The notes under the pieces were generated by a model. That model ran no database searches, had not been told where the DNA came from, and was given only the letters and a program-made list of their open reading frames with translations. From assembly GCA_041855385.1 (NCBI GenBank), contig JBHAEC010000106.1:30744-54743 (forward strand): DNA of 24,000 bases. Direction: 5' to 3'. Each line of letters starts with the position of its first letter. Positions within the stretch are counted from its first letter, which is position 1. Of this stretch, positions 8,259-15,121 are shown piece by piece. The translations under genes and the position numbers were made by a program. The DNA is from Veillonellaceae bacterium. Its GTDB lineage: Bacteria; Bacillota; Negativicutes; Veillonellales; Veillonellaceae.

Positions 8259-11200
8259 GTGGCTAATATTGAAAGTATTAAACAAAAAATACTACAACTA
8301 GATGCAGGTTCATTTCAAAACCTTTGTGATTCTTATTTATATAAAACTGGATATCCGAGTATAGTATCTCTTGGCGGAGAGGCAGGTACACGAAAGACTA
8401 CTTTAGGTACACCTGATACTTATTTTATTGCATTAAATGGAAAGTATGTTTTTGTTGAATACACAACTCAAAGGACAAAATTATTTGAAAAAATTTGGGA
8501 TGACCTTGAAAAATGTCTTGATACAGCAAAGACAGGTATTCCGCATGACAAAATCTCTGAAATTATTTATTGTCATACTTCATCAAACCTTACACCATTT
8601 CAAGATAGTAAAGTAAAAAAACTATGTGAAGATGTTGGAGTTAAGCTTACAATTATTGGAATTGATAAGCTTGCAGAAGATATATATCTTTTCCATCATA
8701 ATCTTTCACGTGATTTTTTGGGAATATCAATAAGTACGGATCAAATTCAATCATATGATGAATTTATTAATAGTTACAACGCAAATAGAATGGCTGCTCC
8801 ACTTGACACTAAATTTCTATTCAGAGAAAAAGAATTTCAAGATATCATCAATGCTTATACGAAAGTGGATGTTGTTATACTTAGTGGTTCATCAGGTACG
8901 GGGAAAACCCGTTTAGCCTTGCATTATGTAAAAAATCATGCAGATGCTAAGCATGAAATGACTTACTGTGTTCACAGTAATGCATTACCAATATACGAGG
9001 ACTTAAAACTTTTTTTAGATAGACCAGGAGATTATTTTCTTTTTATTGATGATGCCAATCAATTGTCAGGGCTGCAGCATATTATCCGTTACGTTAGGAT
9101 GAAACCAGAGGGATATAATGTAAAAATACTTATTACAGTAAGGGATTATGCACTTCAAAAAGTGATAAACGATGTTCGAGGAATCACTTCTTATGAGATT
9201 TTGAATGTAAATGTATTTTCAGATAACGAGATTAAGGAATTACTTGAAACTTCATTGTGTATTTTGAATCAAGACTATCAAGCACAAATTATAAGAATTG
9301 CAGAAGGAAATGCTCGTATTGCTATACTTGCTGGGAAAGTAGCGTGCAGTTCGAATCGTTTGGAGTCTATTGATGATGTATCACAATTATATGAAGATTA
9401 TTATGGTTCTAGTTTAGAAGATAATCAATTATTTATAGACAAAAATCTGTGTATAACTGCTGGTATAATTGCTTTTCTTGAAGCAATTCATTTAGATTAT
9501 ATTGATGCACTTTTACCAATTTTACAGGGAAAAGGGCTAAATCGAGATAGTTTCATTGAAAATATCCGTGTCCTTCATGAGCAGGAAATTGTCGATATTT
9601 ATAATGATAAAGCTGTTCGTTTTTCTGATCAATGTTTGTCTAATTATTTGTTAAAATATATTTTCTTTGACAAAAAATTACTTAATTTGTCAAAAATGAT
9701 TAAATCTTGCTTTTCAAGCTACAGAGAGAGAACTGTATCTTCTGTTAATACGTTACTTAATATCTTTAGAAATAAAGAGCTTTTAAATTTTGTTGAGAAA
9801 GAAATAAAGTTATTATGGGATGAATTATCAACAGAAAAATCGCCAATCTTCTTTGAATTTGTAAAAGTCTTTTTTCGTATTAATCCTACGGAAACACTTT
9901 TGCTTTTGCAAAATAAAATTGAATCTGAAGAAAGAATGATTTGTGGATGGAGTGATATAGATACTGAAAAGAGAAAAAACTATCAGCATGTAGAAAATGA
10001 TATCATTAAAATTCTTGGTGGATTTGCAAATATGACTGATTTGCCAACCGCTTGTGATTTGTTTTTTCAATATTATCTAAAGCGACCAGATTTATTTATG
10101 GAATTTTATCATGCAGTCAATATATTTTTTGGGATTCATAGGGATGACATACGTTATGATTTTTACACTCAAATAACATTTTTTGAAAAAATAAAAGAAT
10201 ATTCAGATGACTGGAAACAAGAATTTATTGTTAGTTTCTTTTTACAAATAGCAAAAGAATTTTTGAAATTGTATTTTTCACCAGCGGAGGAAGGGCGAAA
10301 AAATACATTAACCATATATCAAATTCCATTAACTATGTCTGAAGGTGTTGAAAAATATCGCAAGTTAATTTGGGAACCGTTAACTTTTTTGAGTGAAATT
10401 GAAAAATATAGAACAAAAGTGAGGGAAATCCTCAGATCTTATGGTGGCACTATCGACGATGTAAGCATTCCTGTTTTACAATTTGATTTAAAATATATTG
10501 AATTGATTTTGAAGTCATATTTTCTGCCAGATAAATTGGTAAATTGTCTTTTGGTGGACGAAATAGTACAAGTTTTTAGTAGAATGAATTGTCCCTGTAA
10601 ATACTTATTTTCTGAATACTTTGAAGAAGAGAGCTTTCAATTATATTGTCTTCTTAAAGGACCAGAATATAAAGAAGTTTGTTATGAAGAACATGAAAAG
10701 CGGAAGCAGCAATCAATTAATCAATATACTTCGAATTGTGATTTACAAATGTTTAAGAAGTTAATTGATGTTTGTAGCAGTATTTCTGAGCTAAATAACC
10801 ATTCATCTTGGGAGGTTGGCAAAGGATTAAATATTGCCTTTGATTCTATTTCCGATAAAAAAGATTTGTACGTTGATGTAATTAAATATTATATCAAAAA
10901 CGATACACCACACAATTTACATCCATATCATATAGTAGACACTCTATTTTCCTTATTATCTGATTCAGAAGTGTATGAAATTATTATTAGTGAAGAATAT
11001 AGTCAGAAAAACGCTTGGACATATGCATATTATCATGAATTACCGCTGGAATTAATTACAGAAAAGCATTTACAAGAGCTTTATGATTTTTTGAGAGATA
11101 CTTCTGATAGATATATTACCTCATCATCAATGCGTGATGTAGATTTTCTTGAGAAATATAATGTAATAGATGAATTAGCATTGATAGAAGGTTGCAAAAT

Positions 11201-11993
11201 TATTTTGGATAAAAAAGAGTATTCCTCCTTTATCGTGAATATTTATTTTGATTTGTTATTTAATTGCCATTGTAATACACCAAAGGAAGTGATTCAAAAA
11301 TTTAATCGTAATTTGGAATTGCTTGAAGAAATATACTATGCTATGTTGTCATACGATGAACATCATGATTATGGCGGACAATTTTTGAAGGAAATATATT
11401 CGGTTAGACCTTCTATATTGGACAAGTATATAGATTATTTAATAAATAGTGACTCTTTTAGCGTCCATCAAAAAAAGCATTGTTGTTTTTTCGATTTGGA
11501 CGATTTTGTAGAAATATATAATAAAATTTTTGAGCAGTTGATAAGAAACCAACGATATTTTACCCCGTTCATACCGGAGTTCTTAGAATCTTTATTATTG
11601 CCAAAGCAAAATGAGAAAAAGTTGTTAGAAAGACAAGATATGTGGATTCGGCAATGTATTCAACGATTCTGCAATGATGAAGCAAAAATGTATTGCCTAT
11701 TTTCAGTTGTGTCAAAATTAGACTTCAAAAGAAAAAAAGAGTATATCTTGCTCTTTCTTGAGAATAATCCGTTGTTTGAAGACTTTGAAAAAATACCATT
11801 AACACCTACTTCTTGGAGTTGGTCAGGTAGTGCAGTACCTATGTATTCAGCTTGGATTGAATTTCTCGAATCATTGTTACCAAACTGTATAGGTTTGAAG
11901 TGGATAAAACATAAAAACTATATTGAAACAAAAATTGGTTATTTAAAAGGGCGAATTGAATCGGAGCAAATAGATGAAATTTTAAGAGGATGA
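8259..11993 (+). CDS. 1,244-aa STAND-like P-loop NTPase with nuclease-like N-terminal domain and long helical C-terminal region (candidate Avs-like defence sensor)
   Basis: GTG start with AGGGGG RBS 9 nt upstream. Walker A 'SGSSGTGKT' (aa 209-217, nt 8883-8909). Walker B 'YFLFIDD' (aa 259-265). 'KILITVRD' (aa 289-296) and 'IAEGNARIAILAG' are NB-ARC/STAND-like. N-terminal 'FQNLCDSYLYKTGY..GTPDTYF..YVFVEYT'. Low-GC composition. Confidence 0.85.
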   Translation: MANIESIKQKILQLDAGSFQNLCDSYLYKTGYPSIVSLGGEAGTRKTTLGTPDTYFIALNGKYVFVEYTTQRTKLFEKIWDDLEKCLDTAKTGIPHDKISEIIYCHTSSNLTPFQDSKVKKLCEDVGVKLTIIGIDKLAEDIYLFHHNLSRDFLGISISTDQIQSYDEFINSYNANRMAAPLDTKFLFREKEFQDIINAYTKVDVVILSGSSGTGKTRLALHYVKNHADAKHEMTYCVHSNALPIYEDLKLFLDRPGDYFLFIDDANQLSGLQHIIRYVRMKPEGYNVKILITVRDYALQKVINDVRGITSYEILNVNVFSDNEIKELLETSLCILNQDYQAQIIRIAEGNARIAILAGKVACSSNRLESIDDVSQLYEDYYGSSLEDNQLFIDKNLCITAGIIAFLEAIHLDYIDALLPILQGKGLNRDSFIENIRVLHEQEIVDIYNDKAVRFSDQCLSNYLLKYIFFDKKLLNLSKMIKSCFSSYRERTVSSVNTLLNIFRNKELLNFVEKEIKLLWDELSTEKSPIFFEFVKVFFRINPTETLLLLQNKIESEERMICGWSDIDTEKRKNYQHVENDIIKILGGFANMTDLPTACDLFFQYYLKRPDLFMEFYHAVNIFFGIHRDDIRYDFYTQITFFEKIKEYSDDWKQEFIVSFFLQIAKEFLKLYFSPAEEGRKNTLTIYQIPLTMSEGVEKYRKLIWEPLTFLSEIEKYRTKVREILRSYGGTIDDVSIPVLQFDLKYIELILKSYFLPDKLVNCLLVDEIVQVFSRMNCPCKYLFSEYFEEESFQLYCLLKGPEYKEVCYEEHEKRKQQSINQYTSNCDLQMFKKLIDVCSSISELNNHSSWEVGKGLNIAFDSISDKKDLYVDVIKYYIKNDTPHNLHPYHIVDTLFSLLSDSEVYEIIISEEYSQKNAWTYAYYHELPLELITEKHLQELYDFLRDTSDRYITSSSMRDVDFLEKYNVIDELALIEGCKIILDKKEYSSFIVNIYFDLLFNCHCNTPKEVIQKFNRNLELLEEIYYAMLSYDEHHDYGGQFLKEIYSVRPSILDKYIDYLINSDSFSVHQKKHCCFFDLDDFVEIYNKIFEQLIRNQRYFTPFIPEFLESLLLPKQNEKKLLERQDMWIRQCIQRFCNDEAKMYCLFSVVSKLDFKRKKEYILLFLENNPLFEDFEKIPLTPTSWSWSGSAVPMYSAWIEFLESLLPNCIGLKWIKHKNYIETKIGYLKGRIESEQIDEILRG

Positions 11994-12312
11994 TTTATAA
12001 ACACAAAAAGACTGTATAAATATAGAAGTAAAACTGTTTGTGAATTGACATTGTATGATGGTTTAACCTACAAAGAAAAACAAATATATCTAAATTTTAT
12101 TTAAGGTATTTCTTTAAAACTTGTAGATGTTGGAGATGATATGAAGACTAGTTTGGACAATTATTAGCACGTCGAAGCAATAGCCTTGATTACAAGAAGC
12201 GGAAAAGGAGAATAGTATGCAGGAGCCACAGATACCCGGTTTATACCGCTTTGGCGTGTCTGAAATGGCGTTGGGAGAGCAGTAGAAGTTGGTTGACGAC
12301 TGAGATTTATTA

Positions 12313-12639
12313 TTATTTTGAAGTGCCGTATAAGTTTAGTGCTACGCAGCCGGCGATGATGACGATGAGCGAGAGAATACCGGTTAGTGTGATCCGCTCC
12401 TGAAAGAAAAAGATAGAAATCAGGCAGGTCAAGATGATTCCGCCGGCACACCATGTAGCATAGGCAATTCCGAGATTCAACCCTGTCAGCGCCTTGGAGA
12501 GGCAGACAAGCGATGCGATGTAGAGCAAGATTGAAATTGCCGAAGGGAAGACCTTGGAAAAGCCGTCAGAATACTTTAACATGGATGAACCACCGACTTC
12601 CAAAATAATAGCAGCACCTAAAAGAATAAAGTTATACAT
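12313..12639 (-). CDS. SMR family multidrug efflux transporter (EmrE/Qac-like)
   Basis: 108 aa with 4 TM segments. Essential Glu14 context 'AIILEVGGSSMLKYSDGF'. 'GIAYATW' motif as in EmrE 'GIAYAIW'. AGGAGG RBS. Confidence 0.9.
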   Translation of the reverse strand: MYNFILLGAAIILEVGGSSMLKYSDGFSKVFPSAISILLYIASLVCLSKALTGLNLGIAYATWCAGGIILTCLISIFFFQERITLTGILSLIVIIAGCVALNLYGTSK

Positions 12640-12664
12640 TTTTACCTCCTAAAAATAGAAAAAT

Positions 12665-12705
12665 AAAAAGAGCTCACGACAAGAAAACATATCTTATCGT
12701 GAGCT
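12665..12705 (-). promoter_or_regulatory. terminator hairpin inside the SMR 5' leader (attenuator / expression platform of unknown class)
   Basis: On the minus strand: AGCTCACGATAAGA-tatgttt-TCTTGTCGTGAGCT followed by CTTTTTATTTTTCTATTTTT, then the AGGAGG RBS and ATG. It lies between the predicted promoter and the start codon. Confidence 0.55.
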
Positions 12706-12764
12706 TCTCTCAACCTAATGTATTACCATCATGCATGTAAAACCATGCCTTCGATACGCTAATT

Positions 12765-12793
12765 AATATACTATATTTGATTGTTTTGGTCAA
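12765..12793 (-). promoter_or_regulatory. sigma-A type promoter for the SMR gene
   Basis: On the minus strand: TTGACC (12793-12788), 17-nt spacer, TATATT (12770-12765). Confidence 0.55.
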
Positions 12794-12939
12794 GGTCTTG
12801 TTGGTCAGATGCTTCCTTGAATCAATAGGTGATTTTTTATATTACAGAAAGTAGAAGAGAACAATGATGCCTTATCATTTTGTGTAGAAATAGTAGCATT
12901 ATTACTAGAAATATATATCAAAAACAAGGCTATTGTTAT

Positions 12940-12969
12940 AAAAACCACGCAATAATCGGCGTGGTTTTT
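12940..12969. terminator. bidirectional terminator hairpin (downstream of the small minus-strand ORF)
   Basis: AAAAACCACGC-aataatcg-GCGTGGTTTTT. The stem sequence matches the terminator at 1071-1098. Confidence 0.7.
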
Positions 12970-13026
12970 GCGGTTGCGGTTGTAGATTTAATTAATTAAA
13001 ATAAGATAGGAAGTAATTAACCAAAT

Positions 13027-13311
13027 TTATTCCCAAAAATCTTCATCAATTGTGACAACGAATAAAAAAAACACTATAGTTGCTATTAATGCGGATAAAA
13101 TTATAGTTGAAGCTTCAAAAACCGGAAGATCAAACAGTAAAAACATAAACCATTGAAAGAGAAGTAGCAACATTATAAAGCTTAAAAAAATGAAAAACAG
13201 CCAAGGAGAAGTCACTACGAAGCAAACAGTAAGAAATAAAAGTTTTCCTAGGAGCTTAAACAGCATTTTACAAATGGATATTGCAGATAGATTGTGAGAT
13301 CTGTTTAGCAT
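13027..13311 (-). CDS. hypothetical small membrane protein (about 3 TM)
   Basis: ATG 13311 with GAGGGGA RBS 6 nt upstream. 94 aa, very hydrophobic ('LLFLTVCFVVTSPWLFFIFLSFIMLLLLF'), acidic C-terminus. AT-rich. No family recognised. Confidence 0.55.
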   Translation of the reverse strand: MLNRSHNLSAISICKMLFKLLGKLLFLTVCFVVTSPWLFFIFLSFIMLLLLFQWFMFLLFDLPVFEASTIILSALIATIVFFLFVVTIDEDFWE

Positions 13312-13467
13312 AATAGTTCCCCTCACTTCTATATTGCGTAATTAATGTGATTAGTAAATCTATAGATTGAGTATATCATAAAAAAAGATGTAAACAGAAT
13401 AGAGAAAACTGAGAGCAGGTTATAATAGAGTAGAAGTAAACCTAATAAGTATATAAGAAAATAGCAA

Positions 13468-13496
13468 TTGAAATTCTATAGTAAAAGTGGAATAAT
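13468..13496 (+). promoter_or_regulatory. candidate promoter for purC
   Basis: TTGAAA (13468-13473), 17-nt spacer ending in TGG, AATAAT (13491-13496). Confidence 0.35.
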
Positions 13497-13556
13497 AGAC
13501 CTGTACGTTGTGAGAATAGTCCTTTTTGATGGGACGTTATAAAGGAGACAGGAGAC

Positions 13557-14234
13557 ATGGAAAAGATTTACTCAGGTAAGACAAAAGATGTGTATGCGAT
13601 TGATGAAAAGCATGTACTTTTGAAGTTCAAGGATGATGTGACAGGCAAAGATGGAGTGTTTGATCCGGGTGAAAATCAAGTAGGGCTCACGATAGAAGGT
13701 GCCGGACGTTCCGCTGTTCGCATGACGAAGTTTTTCTATGAAAAATTAAATGCTATGGGGCTTAATACGCATTTTGTCAGTGCCGATGTAGAGAAGAATG
13801 AAGCGATTGTAAAGAAGGCATCTCTTTTCGGTAAGGGTGTAGAAGTGATTGTGCGTTATCGTGCTGTAGGCTCTTTCATAAAGAGATATGGCGACTACAT
13901 TGCGTCCGGAAGCGAAATTCCCACCTATGTAGAGGTTACGCTTAAAGATGATGCGAAAGGCGACCCCCTTATTACCAAAGATGCATTGGCTATACTTAAT
14001 ATTATGAGCGCCGAAGAGTATGAAGAGTTGGCAGCATTGGCTAAAAAAATCGGTGATGTGGTAAAAGATGAATTGGCAAAGAAAGGCCTAGACTTGTACG
14101 ACATCAAATTCGAGTTCGGTATGATTGATGGAAAAGTGGCTTTGGTGGATGAAATTTCCGGTGGAAACATGAGAGCTTTCCGCAAGGATGAATATATCCA
14201 GCCCCTTGAATTAGAAAAAATTATGTTGGATTAA
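13557..14234 (+). CDS. purC: phosphoribosylaminoimidazole-succinocarboxamide (SAICAR) synthase
   Basis: 'IYSGKTKDVY', 'LKFKDDVTG', 'VEVIVRYRAVGSF' and 'LVDEISGGNMR' are SAICAR synthetase motifs. AAGGAG RBS. Confidence 0.92.
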   Translation: MEKIYSGKTKDVYAIDEKHVLLKFKDDVTGKDGVFDPGENQVGLTIEGAGRSAVRMTKFFYEKLNAMGLNTHFVSADVEKNEAIVKKASLFGKGVEVIVRYRAVGSFIKRYGDYIASGSEIPTYVEVTLKDDAKGDPLITKDALAILNIMSAEEYEELAALAKKIGDVVKDELAKKGLDLYDIKFEFGMIDGKVALVDEISGGNMRAFRKDEYIQPLELEKIMLD

Positions 14235-14246
14235 CTTATGAAAAGA

Positions 14247-14274
14247 CCCCCACAGCTATGCTTGTGGGGGTTTT
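14247..14274 (+). terminator. intrinsic terminator after purC
   Basis: CCCCCACA-gctatgct-TGTGGGGG followed by TTTT. Confidence 0.8.
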
Positions 14275-14385
14275 ATCAATAATGGACTCCGGAAAAGGGG
14301 GGATACAGCCTTTCCGTTGACACCATTATCAGCAACTTCCGTAGTTGTTATACAGAAATCGGTATATAATCACCGGTATAAATGT

Positions 14386-14898
14386 CTACTTTGTTGGTGG
14401 AACTGCATCGGGATGATTTTGCTTATATGTATCGTTTTGAGCCATTACATTTACCATTACAAGAGGTACATCTCCGGTATTTTCAATGCCGTGTTTTTCT
14501 CCGGGACGACATATGGTCATATCTCCCGTAGCAACAGGGATTTTTTGGCCGGAGGTATCCGTAAATATACCGGACCCGCTTACGATGATATAGGTGTCTT
14601 CGTTAATGGCATGAGCATGATGACCAACAGAGTCGCCGGGGTTCAGTACCAACCATGCCATCTCTTTTACTGCCGATTCAGGTGTTGCCGCATCACGGCG
14701 AAAAGCAAAGTGGCAATGTAAAATGCCCTTTCCGCCGGCTACTTTTTCTCTTTCTACCTGCATCAGTTCGTGGTATTTGTATACCTGCGGCAGGGGGGCT
14801 TTTTCATCAGTTTGAGTTACCGGTATAGAGGCGAATGAGTAAGAAAGAGAGAGTGAAGCATAGCAGCAAAGGGCCATGCACAACAGCTTTGTTTTCAT
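14386..14898 (-). CDS. secreted cupin-domain protein
   Basis: ATG 14898 (GGAGG RBS 7 nt upstream). Signal peptide 'MKTKLLCMALCCYASLSLSYSFA'. Cupin motifs 'GDSVGHHAH..EDTYIIVSGSG' and 'GDMTICRPGEKHGIENTG'. Confidence 0.8.
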   Translation of the reverse strand: MKTKLLCMALCCYASLSLSYSFASIPVTQTDEKAPLPQVYKYHELMQVEREKVAGGKGILHCHFAFRRDAATPESAVKEMAWLVLNPGDSVGHHAHAINEDTYIIVSGSGIFTDTSGQKIPVATGDMTICRPGEKHGIENTGDVPLVMVNVMAQNDTYKQNHPDAVPPTK

Positions 14899-15121
14899 AT
14901 AAAGACCTCCAATCATTAACTACATATAATATTGGTTACAATCTATACTTTTACTCTATCATTGTCCGAAATAAATGTCTACCTGTTATTTCTTTTTTGT
15001 AAAGAAGGATTTCCCGTTCTTTTATGGTACTTATACGGTAAGGATGCAAAATAAAATCTAAAAAATTTAAGCTTAATATCTTGCCGTCTTTATGTATAAG
15101 AGCATTTGGAGGAGGAGTTGC

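Noticed and set aside
8033-12160. Direct repeats / att sites, integrase or transposase defining the island.
   Set aside because: Only a trivial shared 'TAAAACT' occurs near both edges, and no recombinase ORF exists in any frame. The boundaries therefore rest on composition alone.
12640-12760. Guanidine-I/II/III riboswitch upstream of the SMR pump.
   Set aside because: There is no ykkC 'GGGA..ACGR' core, no paired ACGR-loop mini-hairpins, and no ykkC-III 'CCGGACGAGG' motif. The pump is also EmrE/Qac-like rather than Gdx-like. It is kept only as an unclassified attenuator.
12800-12969. Possible ~110-nt plus-strand sRNA (weak TTGAAT-17-TATTAC promoter, two small hairpins) ending at the 12940-12969 terminator.
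   Set aside because: The terminator is palindromic with A- and T-runs, and is fully explained as the terminator of the minus-strand small ORF. The promoter match is weak.
13327-13556. Purine or ZTP riboswitch upstream of purC.
   Set aside because: I could not find the 'UAUAAU..GAUAUGG..CCGUAAA' purine core or the ZTP 'GGGUCGUGA..CCGGGCGGA' elements.
14317-14721. 134-aa plus-strand ORF.
   Set aside because: It is fully antisense to the cupin gene, which has clear motifs, a signal peptide and an RBS. The plus-strand product is Cys/Tyr-rich nonsense.
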